Positions 49,182-60,276 of a stretch of 64,000 nt of DNA are shown piece after piece. Origin of the DNA: Mobula birostris (lineage: Eukaryota); contig NC_092383.1 of assembly GCF_030028105.1 (NCBI RefSeq), positions 97,921,604 to 97,985,603 on the forward strand, written 5' to 3'. The notes below the pieces were generated by a model. That model made no database searches and had not been told where the DNA came from. It saw only the letters and a list, made by a program, of their open reading frames with translations. A program made the position numbers and the translations under genes. Numbering within the stretch: the first letter of the stretch is position 1; each line of letters begins with the position of its first letter.

Positions 49182-49992
49182 TCATGAAGGGTCTCAGCCC
49201 AAAACAATGACTATTCACTCTTTTTCCGTAGATACTGCCTGGCCTGTTGAGTTCCTCCAGCATTTTGTGAATGTTGTTTGGATTTCCAGCATCTGCAGAT
49301 TTTCTCAGCTTTACCTTTCCCCACCCACGTGACTTCATCCACCATCTTCCAGCCAGATCTCCTTCCCCTCCCCCCACAGGAAGCTAGAACCAAAGATACT
49401 ACATTTACTAAAAGTTGACAAACAGGTGATAATTCAAACAGAATCTCAAAAGGAAAGCTAAAAGAACAAGGAAAAGGACAATTAAAAAACAAAAGTTGTC
49501 GAGCTTAATCCGACAACGTCACTGTGAAGAACCAATGGTCAGGGTCAGCCGAGAGGACCAGTGCCACGGTTGACCTCTGCAGAAGCACAGTGTGGACGAG
49601 CTTCATTCTGTACATGACCTGTGCACTGGGAGTGGGTGAAGGGACAGTGTAGTCGGTGATTTCCCGTATTCCCTCATTGTTTTCACTCTCTCCAAACACT
49701 ACAAACCTTTTCTCCAGACTGGAGCCCATTTGCCATGTCTCTGCCTCCCTGTCATGACAATCGATATCTGGCTGCAGGCTGCAACTCCCTTCCTCAGGGC
49801 CGGGTGTGGAGTGTCTTCACTCTGTTCCCCCGGTGGGCTCACTGTGTGATGTAGGAACTGTGTGCCAGGTTTCTCTCAGGGTCAGGAGCCAGATGATGGG
49901 CCGCATGGCCTGCTCCTGTAACTGTGATCCTCCTGGCTCTGATTCTACAGTTACTGAATTCACCTGCTGACTGTCTCCTCTTGTCTACTCAG

Positions 49993-50313
49993 CTGGGACT
50001 GGGGATTCCCCGACCACTGTGAACGGAACTTGGGGACAGTCGGTCTCTTTACATCCTGGGATCCCAGTCGGACCAGACATTGCTGAGCTTGTGTGGAGAT
50101 GGTTGTCACCCAGGGTGAAGATAGTGACATATTCAAACAAGATCAGTGACTATTACGGATCTGAGGAATACAAGTGACGGATAACTCTTCATCCCGGGGA
50201 CTTCAGTCTGGAAATCCGTGATCTACGGAGAGAGGACGCTGGTGATTATGAGGTGACTGTTACAGCAAGTTCAGGAGCACAGACTCAGAACAAAATGCGA
50301 CTGGAGGTGTACG
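49993..50313 (+). pseudogene. Cysteine-less IgV exon 1 (CD2/SLAM/CEACAM N-domain-like) with in-frame TGA at 50175
   Basis: Acceptor CTCTTGTCTACTCAG and donor GTGAGT; 321 nt, phase 1/1. Reads GTGDSPTTVNGTWGQSVSLHPGIPVGPDIAELVWRWLSPRVKIVTYSNKISDYYGSEEYK*RITLHPGDFSLEIRDLRREDAGDYEVTVTASSGAQTQNKMRLEVY. Has the V-set W and the SLEIxxLxxEDAGxY motif. Confidence 0.88.
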
Positions 50314-50599
50314 GTGAGTGAGACGCTGCGGAGGGTCCCGGGCTTCATCAGTTCCTGAAACACCCCCAATTAATAATCCTGTGTGTTCCCCTGTTTACTG
50401 AACCCCACTGACTGCCGGTGTCCAGAGCTGGGCTCACGGTCCCAGTGTAGTGGGGTTGAGACAGTGTGAATCTGGAGGACACACTCACCACATCCCCGGA
50501 GACTGGACCAGAGGCTGTGAAGCATCAAACTGCCAATGGGGAATCTCGTGACTCTGAGGCTGGAGGAGATGAGCAGATGGTGTGGGGGAACAGGAGATA

Positions 50600-51555
50600 G
50601 GACCTCTACTGTTTGTGATTTTTATTAACGACCTGGATGTGGGTGTAGAAGGATGGGTTGGCAAGTTTGCAGACGACACAAAGGTTGTTGGTGTTGTAGA
50701 TAGCGTAGAGGATTGTCAAAGATTGCAGAGAGACATTGATAGGATGCAGAAGTGGGCTGGGAAGTGGCAGGTGGAGTTCAACCCAGAGAAGTGTGAGGTG
50801 GTACACTTTGGAAGGACAAACTCCAAGGGTGAGTACAAAGTAAATGGCAGGATACTTGGTAGTGTGGAGGAGCAGAGGGATCTTGGGGTACATATCCACA
50901 GATCCCTGAAAGTTGCCTCACAGGTGGATAGGGTAGTTAAGAAAGCTTATGGGGTGTTCGCTTTCATAAGTCGAGGGATAGAGTTTAAGCGTCGCGATGT
51001 AATGATGCAGCTCTATAAAACTCTGGTTAGGCCACACTTGGAGTATTGTGTCCAGTTCTGGTCACCTCACTATAGGAAGGATGTGGAAGCATTGGATAGG
51101 GTACAGAGGAGATTTACCAGGATGCTGCCTGGTTTAGAAAGTATGCATTATCATCAGAGATTAAGGGAGCTAGGGCTTTACTCTTTGGAGAGAAGGAGGA
51201 TGAGAGGAGACATGATAGAGGTGTACAAGATAATAAGAGGAATAGATAGAGTGGATAGCCAGAGCCTCTTCCCCAGGGCACCACTGCTCAATACAAGAGG
51301 ACATGGCTTTAAGGTAAGGGGTGGGAAGTTCAAGGGGGATATTAGAGGAAGGTATTTTACTCAGAGAGTGGTTGGTGTGTGGAATGCACTGCCTGAGTCA
51401 GTGGTGGAGGCATATGCACTAGTGAAGTTTACTAGACAGGTATATGGAGGAATCTAAGGTGGGGGCTTATATGGGAGGCAGGGTTTGAGGGTTGGCACAA
51501 CATTGTGGGCTGAAGGGACTGTACTGTGCTGTACTATTCTATGTTCTATGTTCTA
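50600..51555 (+). mobile_element. Young 5'-truncated CR1-like LINE, intronic
   Basis: Open ORF 50582..51457 (FADDTK, HLEYCVQFWSPHYRKD); (TTCTATG)n tail. Confidence 0.95.
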
Positions 51556-52329
51556 GGCCTAAGGTGTGGGAGGAACTTATGGATGGGCTGAACGGTCTAT
51601 ATCTGTGGGTCAGTTAAACAGATCCCTCTATATCCCCAGGTCAAAGGCCTGGTCTGTGATGTTCAGGGATCCCATTTTCAGAGGCACTGCTTGTTAATTC
51701 CCCAGACTGAGGTCTGAGCTCAGCAAGGTGTTTATTCCTCAGCCTTCATGCTGTGCTGTGCTGAGTGAGACCCTGTGTGTTCATTACACTGAATATAGTG
51801 TCCCAGTGAGTGACACAGTACATGGACACAACAGCACACTCACACACAGCAATATGGTTCCTGACTCACTCAAACAGTAATATCACATTCACAATAATCT
51901 CACTCAGCAACGTTTGTCTGAGAAATCTCCTCCACCCCAGGTTTAACGGGTCCCATTGGAGGGGGGAGAATGTCAGAACGTGGGGAATGGAACATCACAG
52001 GAACAGCTCCTCAGCTCATGATGTGCTGCCAAACTCATTGCTAATGGAACCCAGTTAAGCTAATCCCTTCTGACTGTTCGTGTTCCATATGCCTTTATTC
52101 TCTACACATTCATGCTTTTGCCTCTGCCACCACTCCAGACAGCCCATTTCAGGCTCCCACCACTCTGTGTGTGAAGAAAAACTTGTCCTGCACATCTCCT
52201 TTGAATTTACCCCTGTCACTGTAAATGCACAATCTCTGGTATTGGACACTTTTAATTGATTTTTAAAAATTTTATTGAGAAACACCAGGGAATAGTCCCT
52301 TCTGGGATTTGAACCACACTGCCCAGCAA

Positions 52330-52550
52330 TCCCCTGATTGTAACCCGGCCTAATCACAGGACAATTTATAATGACCGATTAACCATCCAATCGGTACGTG
52401 TTTGGACTGTGGGAGGAAACCAGAGCATGCAGAGGAATCCCACGTGGACACAGGGAGAACGTACAAACTCCTTACGGGCAGCGGAAATTCAATCTGTTTC
52501 ACTGATATTTTAAAGTGTTGTGCTAACCACAACGCTATCATGCCACCCCT
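52330..52550 (-). mobile_element. V-SINE-like (HE1-type) SINE fragment
   Basis: Reverse complement contains TTCTCCCTGTGTCCACGTGGGATTCCTCTGCATGCTCTGGTTTCCTCCCACAGTCCAAACAC, resembling the V-domain core. Confidence 0.65.
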
Positions 52551-53810
52551 GGGGAAAATTCCTGGCTTTACAGTACCAGTCAGAAGTGATTAGCTTCCAC
52601 TTTATCTTGTCCTTAAAAATGCTATAAGCTTGTATCAGGTCTATCCTCAACCCCTGACACTGTGAGGAAACAACCAAAATTTGTCCAAACTTTTCCTCCA
52701 GCACATGCCCTGTAATCCAGGCACAAAGATGGTAAATGTTTGTTCCCTCTCCAAAGCCTCCACATTCTTCCTTTAACGGGGTGGCTGGAAATGAATGCAA
52801 TACTCCAGATGCAGCCTTTTCAGAGTTTTTAAAGATGTAGCATAAGTTCCTGACTTTTGAACTCAGTGCCTCGACTGATGAGGACAAGCATGTAAAATCC
52901 CTTCTTTACCCCCCCCCCCCCGATCAACATGCAGCCACGTTTCCCCACCCACGTCTGCATCTGATCCATGTCCAGTTGCACATATTGGCACTCCCCTGCA
53001 CCATCCACAACACCGACAGTCTTTATCTCATCTACAAACATCCTAACCCTCCCATCTGTATTTCTATCCAAGGAACAGTGAGTGGCCTTTCACCCACCTC
53101 GAGCTGACTCCCCACTCACTGAATTCGGGGTTGGTCTGACCCTGATCTCAGCTCCACTTCCCTGCCTCTTTCAAAGGTTCAGAATTTCAATTTAATGACA
53201 GAGAAATGTATACAATATATATCCTGAAATGCTTTTTCTTCGCAAAACATCCACAAAATCAGAGAAGTGTCCCAAGAAATGAACGACAGTTAAACATGAG
53301 AATCACTAAGATCCACCCCTCCAGCTCCCCATTCCAGCATGTAAGTGGTGGTGAGCAACAATCCCCCTATCCCTGACTCCTCTTCAGATTAAAATGCAAG
53401 AGAGAACCAGTAAATAAAACCCAAGCTGGGTTCACAGAAAACAAGTCATTACCAAGATGTAGTGATATCTAATTCCCAGTAAACACTCTCAATTTAATCC
53501 ATGCAATTCCAGGCATACAGATGACAGGCAATGATGTTTAAAGATATCACTACCCTCAGTATTATATCCCTCTCAGCTTTGAACACAGTGAATCAGCACC
53601 TCTCTGGGGGAGAAAATTCCATAGGTTCCTGATCCTTGGAGAGGGGAAATCATTCCTCATCTCTGTCAGAAATTATGGTCTCTTATTCTAACCTGTACCC
53701 TTGTTCTAGATCCCACAGGAGGGGGAAACACCCTCCCAACACCCCCCTCACTCTGATTCCTGCTCCAGTCACTGAACTCACCTGCTGACTGCCTCCTCTT
53801 GTCTCCTCAG

Positions 53811-54113
53811 AATGGATGGGAACTGTGAAAGGAGCATGGGGAGAGATAGTGTCCTTAACTGCTGGGATCAATGTCGGGCCGGGCGTTTCTCGGGTGGTGT
53901 GGAGCTCAAAAGGAACCAGAAAAGCCGAATACAGAAGTGGAAACATTTCCTACTTCGGTGCTGATGAGTACAAGTGACGGATAACTCTTCATCCCAGGAA
54001 ATTCAGTCTGGAAATCTGTGATCTACAGAGAGAGGATGCCGGTGATTATGATGTGGTAATTGCTGTGGGTTCTGGAGCTGAACTTAAGGCGAGAGTGCGA
54101 CTGGAAGTGAATG
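53811..54113 (+). pseudogene. Cysteine-less IgV exon 2 with in-frame TGA at 53975
   Basis: Acceptor CTCTTGTCTCCTCAG and donor GTGAGT; 303 nt, phase 1/1. Reads WMGTVKGAWGEIVSLTAGINVGPGVSRVVWSSKGTRKAEYRSGNISYFGADEYK*RITLHPRKFSLEICDLQREDAGDYDVVIAVGSGAELKARVRLEVN. No canonical B/F cysteine pair. Intron flanks are homologous to those of exon 1. Confidence 0.88.
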
Positions 54114-54838
54114 GTGAGTGAGACACGGCGAGGGGCCTGGGTTATACCAGTTCCTGAAACATCCTAATTAATGGGTGACGGCAGATCCTGGCCATTCCAG
54201 TCTTTACTGAACCCCACTGCCTGATTGTCCATGTCCACGACTTCCTTTGGGATAGAGGTGGAGAGTTTGGGAGTAGGCTGAGTATCTGCAGTAACATTGA
54301 CAGGTACACACAGCGGCCACTGTGTACCAGTGGTGGAGCTGAAATTCCCCCAGATGATAAGATAATTGCCACTGTCGATGGAGATGAAAAGAGTGGTCTC
54401 CTTGCAAAAGAATCATGGTTGCATCACCCTGATCTACAGAGGGGTTTGTATCCCAGGAATCTCCCCAGTCCCTCCTCTTCGGGATGGTGTCCTCCTTTGG
54501 ACTGTGGCCATGACAGGGGAAGAAGGCGGCACCCTCCCGTAGTCAACTCCTCCCACACAGTGTGGTCCTTGGCACCCTGAAGGAGCCAACTTCCCCACCA
54601 CATGGACCCTGCACCTCAGGGCAACCTCCACCTGGGAGGAAGGTCACCTCCTCCTCCTTCATTGAGGGATGCAGAGATTCCATCAAAGATGAAGTATCCA
54701 CCTCTATCCCTTCTTACTCCTGTCCAGCTCCCCCAAGTCTCAGAGCAGGTGGTCTCTCTGAGATCAGCCCAGGGTTGAGGATAGGACCGGACCTGAGAAA
54801 ACCACATTATCGGTGGATGCCAATGATGTACCTGTACG

Positions 54839-56397
54839 GTGAGAGGTGATTGGAAAGGGGACTGACGGTAATGGGTGTGTGTGAGAGGTGATTGGAAAGG
54901 GGACTGACGGTAATGGGTGTGTGAGAGTGGTGATTGGAAAGGGGACTGACGGTAATGGGTGTGTGAGAGTGGTGTTTGGAAAGGGGACTGACGGTAATGG
55001 GTGTGTGAGAGGTGATTGGAAAGGGGACTGATGGTAATGGGTGTGTGAGAGTGGTGTTTGGAAAGGGGACTGACGGTAATGGGTGTGTGAGAGTGGTGTT
55101 TGGAAAGGGGACTGACGGTAATGGGTGTGTGTGAGAGGTGATTAGAAAGGGGACTGATGGTAATGGGTGTGTCAGAGAGGCTTGCAAAGGGGACTGACGG
55201 TAATGTGGGTGTGTGAGAGGTGATTGGAAAGGGGACTGACAGTAATGGGTGTGTGAGAGGTGATTGGAAAGGGGACTGACGGTAATGGGTGTGTGAGAGT
55301 GGTGATTGGAAAGGGGACTGACGGTAATGGGTGTGTGAGAGTGGTGTTTGGAAAGGGGACTGACGGTAATGGGTGTGTGAGAGGTGATTGGAAAGGGGAC
55401 TGATGGTAATGGGTGTGTGAGAGGTGATTGGAAAGGGGACTGATGGTAATGGGTGTGTGAGAGGTGATTGGAAAGGGGACTGACGGTAATGGGTGTGTGA
55501 GAGTGGTGTTTGGAAAGGGGACTGACGGTAATGGGTGTGTGAGAGGTGATTGGAAAGGGGACTGACGGTAATGGGTGTGTGAGAGTGGTGTTTGGAAAGG
55601 GGACTGACGGTAATGGGTGTGTGAGAGTGGTGTTTGGAAAGGGGACTGATGGTAATGGGTGTGTGTGAAAGGTGATTAGAAAGGGGACTGATGGTAATGG
55701 GTGTGTCAGAGAGGTTTGCAAAGGGGACTGACGGTAATGTGGGTGTGTGAGAGGTGATTGGAAAGGGGACTGACGGTAATGGGTGTGTGAGAGTGGTGTT
55801 TGGAAAGGGGACTGACGGTAATGGGTGTGTGAGAGTGGTGTTTGGAAAGGGGACTGACGGTAATGGGTGTGTGTGAGAGGTGATTAGAAAGGGGACTGAT
55901 GGTAATGGGTGTGTGTGAGAGGTGATTAGAAAGGGGACTGATGGTAATGGGTGTGTCAAAGAGGTTTGCAAAGGGGACTGACGGTAATGTGGGTGTGTGA
56001 GAGGTGATTGGAAAGGGGACTGACGGTAATGGGTGTGTGAGAGGTGATTGGAAAGGGGACTGACGGTAATGGGTGTGTGAGAGGTGATTGGAAAGAGGAC
56101 TGACGGTAATGGGTGTGTGAGAGGTGATTGGAAAGGGGACTGACGGTAATGGGTGTGTGAGAGTGGTGTTTGGAAAGGGGACTGACGGTAATGGGTGTGT
56201 GAGAGGTGATTGGAAAGGGGACTGACGGTAATGGGTGTGTGAGAGTGGTGTTTGGAAAGGGGACTGACGGTAATGGGTGTGTGAGAGTGGTGTTTGGAAA
56301 GGGGACTGATGGTAATGGGTGTGTGTGAGAGGTGATTGGAAAGGGGACTGATGGTAATGGGTGTGTGAGACGTTTGGAAAGGGGACTGATGGTAATG
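54839..56397. repeat. 40-42 bp G-rich minisatellite, roughly 38 units
   Basis: Unit GTGAGAGGTGATTGGAAAGGGGACTGACGGTAATGGGTGT, with recurrent variants. Confidence 0.97.
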
Positions 56398-56869
56398 TAT
56401 AAAGTATAAAAAATTGTACTCTGTGAAGAAACCAGAAGCCGAGAGAAGACGTACAGAGACTCCTTACAGAATGGTGCTGGAATTGAACTCTGAACAGCAG
56501 ACGCACCCAAGGTGTTACAAGTGGCAGTGTGTGAATCTGACTTGCAAAGGCAGTGAACTGAACTCCACCCAAACCAGGTTCTGGTCTGAGCTCAACACTG
56601 GCCAGGTGGAGGCCACTGAGACTGGAGGTGTGTACTTGTTGTACATATAGATGGACAGTCAGACCCTGCTCCTCTTCCAGATCTCCAGGTGAAGGTGCTG
56701 AGTCAGGAAGAACATTTCACCAGATGTCCACAAAGTCCAAGGAGCCGACCAGTTCCCTCAACTTCTTCACAGATGTCTGGCCACAATGGAGACCGGAGCT
56801 ATCCCCCTTTGGGGGTATAGTTGAAATTCCCCCTGATGATGATGCACTTGTTATGGTTGATAGATTCAT

Positions 56870-59800
56870 TCCAAAATCTCGTGACCCTCTGAGTGAAGAA
56901 GTTTCCCTTCATTTTTGCCTTAAACTTCTAACCTTTCAACCTTAACCAATGATCTCTGGTGGGAGTCCTACCCAACGTCAGTGGAAAAAGCCTTTGTATT
57001 TACCCTATTATACCCTCATAATTTTGTATAGCTTTATTGTATCTCCTCCCAATTGTCTATGGTCTAAAGAAAACAGTTGTGATCTATTCAATCTTTCCTT
57101 ATAACCCAGGTCCTCCCAACCCGGCAACAGCCTTGTAAATTTTCTCTTCACTCTTTCAACCCTGTTTACATCCTTCCTAGAGGTAGGTGACCAAAAGTCC
57201 ATACAATACTCCAAATTAGGCCTCACCAATGTTTTATACAACTTCAACAGAACATCTCATCTTATGAAGGCCAATGTGCCAAAAGCCTTCTTTATGACCC
57301 ATCTGTCTATGATGTCATTTTCAATGAATTACGTATCTGTATTCCCAGATCCCTTTGTTCTACCACAGTCCTCAGTGCCCTACCATTCACTGCGTAAGAC
57401 CTGCTCTGATTGGTCCTACTGAAATGCCAAACCTCGTAGTTGTCTGCCTTAAGTTCCATCTACCATTTTTCGGTCCATTTTCCAGCTGATACAGATCCAT
57501 GATATCTTTCCTCACTGTGCAATCCATGATATCTTTCCTCACTGTCCACTACACCCCCAAACTGTGTCATCCATGAATTTGCTGATCTAGTTATCCACAT
57601 GATCATTTAGATCATTGATACAGATGGCAAACAACAAAGGACCCAGCATTGACACCACTAGTTACAGGCCTCTAGTCCGAGAGGCAACCCTCTTCTACCA
57701 CTTTTTGGCTTCTTCCACAAAGCCAATGTCTAATCCAATTTACTCTCTCATCCTGAACACCAAGCAACAGAACCTTCTTGACCAAACTCCCATGTGAGAC
57801 CTTGTCAGATGCCTTTCTAAAATCTATGTAGACAACATCCACTACCGTGCCTTCATCCACTTTCTTGGTAACTTCCTCGATAAAAACTTTACAAGATTAA
57901 TTAGACATGACCTGCCACGAACAAAGCCATGCAGACTATCCTTAATCAGTCTATATCTATCCAATTACTGATATATCTGGTCCCTCAGAGCCTTTTTTAA
58001 ACAGTGAAACACCATTGGCTATCCTCCAATCCTTTGGTATCTCTCCTATCGCTGAGGGTGATTTAAATATCTCTGCTAGACCCCTGGAAATTTCTGCACT
58101 TGGCTTCCACAGGATCCGAGGGAACACCTTGTCAGGTCCTGTGGATTTATCCACGCTGATTTGTCTCAGGGTGGCAAACACCTCCTGCTCTGTAATCTGT
58201 GGAGGATCCATGAAGTTGCCACTATGGCTCACTTCTGTAGACTCTGTATCCACCCCCCGAATAAATACAGATGCAAAGAATACACTTACGTGTCTATGCC
58301 CACCTGGACAAGCCAGCAAGCACTATGAGGGTCGTGTTTTTTGACTTTTCCAGTGCCTTCAGCACCATCCGCCCTGCTCTGCTGGGGGAGAAGCTGACAG
58401 CGATGCAGGTGGATGCTTCCCTTGTATCATGGATTCTTGATTACCTGACTGGCAGACCACAGTACGTGTGCTTGCAACACTATGTGTCTGACAGAGTGAT
58501 CAGCAGCACTGGGGCTCCACAGGGGACTGTCTTGTCTCCTTTTCTCTTCACCATTTACACCTCGGACTTCAACTACTGCACAGAGTCTTGTCATCTTCAG
58601 AAGTTTTCTGATGACTCTGCCATAGTTGGATGCATCAGCAAGGGAGATGAGGTTGAGTTCAGGGCTACGGTAGGAAACTTTCTCACATGGTGTGAGCAGA
58701 ATCATCTGCAGCTTAATGTGAAAAAGACTAAAGAGCTGGTGGTAGACCTGAGGAGAGCTAAGGTACTGGTGACCCCTGTTTCCATCCAGGGGGTCAGTGT
58801 GGACGTGGTGGAGGATTACAAATACCTGGGGATACGAATTGACAATAAACTGGACTGGTCAAAGAACACTGAGGCTATCTACAAGAAAGGTCAGAGCCGT
58901 CTCTATTTCCTGAGGAGACTGAGGTCCTTTAACATCTGCCGGACGATGCTGAAGGTGTTCTATGAGTCTGTGGTGGCTAGTGCTATCATGTTTGCTGTTG
59001 TGTGCTGGGGCAGTAGGCTGAGGGTAGCAGACACCAACAGAATCAACAAACTCATTTGTAAGGCCAGTGATGTTGTGGGGATGCAACTGGACTCTCTTAC
59101 GGTGGTGTCTGAAAAGAGGATGCTGTCTAAGTTGCATGCCATCTTGGTCAATGTCTCCTATCCACTACATAAAGTACTGGGTGGGCACAGGAGTACATTC
59201 AGCCAGAGACTCATTCCACCGAGATGCAGCACAGAGTGTCATAGGAAGTCATTCCTGCCTGTGGCCAACAAACTTTACAACTCCTCCCTTGGAGGGTCAG
59301 ACACCCTGAGCCAAGAGGCTGGTCCTGGACTTATTTCATAATTTACTGGCATGATTTACATATTACTATTTAACTATTTATGGTTCTATTACTATTTATT
59401 ATTTATGGTGCAACTGTAATGAAAACCAATTTCCGCCGGGATCAATACAGTATGACTATGACTATGATTTCAGATCTCCCCCATCTGTTCTGGCTCCACA
59501 TATGGACTACCATTCAGGTCTTCCAGCAGACCAATTTTGTCCCTAGCAATCTTTTTGCTCTTAACATACCTGTAGAATCCTTTAGGATTCTCCTTCACCT
59601 TGTCCGCTAGAGCAAATTCATACCTTCTTTTAGTCTTTCTAATTTCTTTCTTAAGTCTTCCCTTGCATTCCTTGTACTTCATAAGCACCTCATTTGTTCA
59701 TACTTGCCTATGCCTGCTATATACCCCCTTTTATCTCTGAAACAGGGGCTCAAGATCTCTTGTAAACCAAAGTTCCCTACACGTGTTATCTTTACCTTTT

Positions 59801-59985
59801 ATTCTCACAGGCACATAAAATCCCCGTATTCTCAAAATTTCATTTTTGAAGGCCTTCTACTTTCCAAGTACACCTTTGTCAGAAACAGCCTGTCCCAAAC
59901 CACACTTGCCAGATAATTTCTGATACCATCAAAATTGGCCTTTCTCCAATTTAGGATTTCAACTCGCAGACCAGATCTATCTCTT
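56870..59985 (-). mobile_element. CR1-like LINE ORF2, interrupted by a Rex1-like insertion
   Basis: ORFs 57008..57247, 57672..57860, 57957..58319, 59470..59688 and 59832..60032 are successive CR1 ORF2 pieces. The CR1 resumes with ATTTCAGATCTCCCCCA after the insert. Confidence 0.85.
58281..59466 (+). mobile_element. Rex1/Babar-like LINE, 5'-truncated, with an open RT ORF
   Basis: ORF 58271..59341: FFDFSSAFSTI, GAPQGTVLSPFLF, KFSDDSAIVG, LNVKKTKELVVD, SRLYFLRRL. (TATGAC)n tail. Confidence 0.92.
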
Positions 59986-59992
59986 GGTATCA

Positions 59993-60180
59993 TACACAAA
60001 ATGCTGGAGGAACTCAACAGGTCAGGCAGCACCTAAAGAAAACAGTACTGTCGACCCTGAGGGTCTCGGCCTGAAATGTCAACTGTACTCTTTTCCATAG
60101 ATGCTGCCTGGCCGGCTAAGTTCCTCTAGCATTTTGTGGGTGTTGCTTGGATTTCCAGCATCAGCAGATTTTTTCTTGTT
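59993..60180. mobile_element. Penelope-like terminal module as an inverted (hairpin) pair
   Basis: CACAAAATGCTGGAGGAACTC...GTCGAC is followed by the forward module ending AGTTCCTCTAGCATTTTGTG. The hammerhead core is partly deleted. Confidence 0.6.
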
Positions 60181-60276
60181 TGTGATTGGACTACCTCTTT
60201 GTATATTCACTTTGAAACGAGTGGCATTGTTGTCAATAGATGCAAAGTGTTCCTCTGCATAAACTTCTGTCATCTG

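Noticed and set aside
49718-49800. Possible leader exon just upstream of IgV exon 1 (ATG at 49736 or 49754)
   Set aside because: There is no GT donor (only GC-CGGG). The frame giving phase 1 is not hydrophobic, and the more hydrophobic frame (MTIDIWLQAATPFLR) is phase 0. It may be a decayed leader but cannot be supported.
54749-54838. Apparent phase-1 exon ending TACG/GTGAGA, like the IgV exons
   Set aside because: The peptide has no Ig features, the donor is supplied by the first minisatellite unit, and the region (about 54240-54840) looks more like a decayed minus-strand LINE endonuclease remnant.
54616-56572. Long minus-strand ORFs (451, 304, 288 and 184 aa; HTHPLPSVPFP repeats)
   Set aside because: They arise because the minisatellite lacks stops on that strand; there are no splice signals or domain features.
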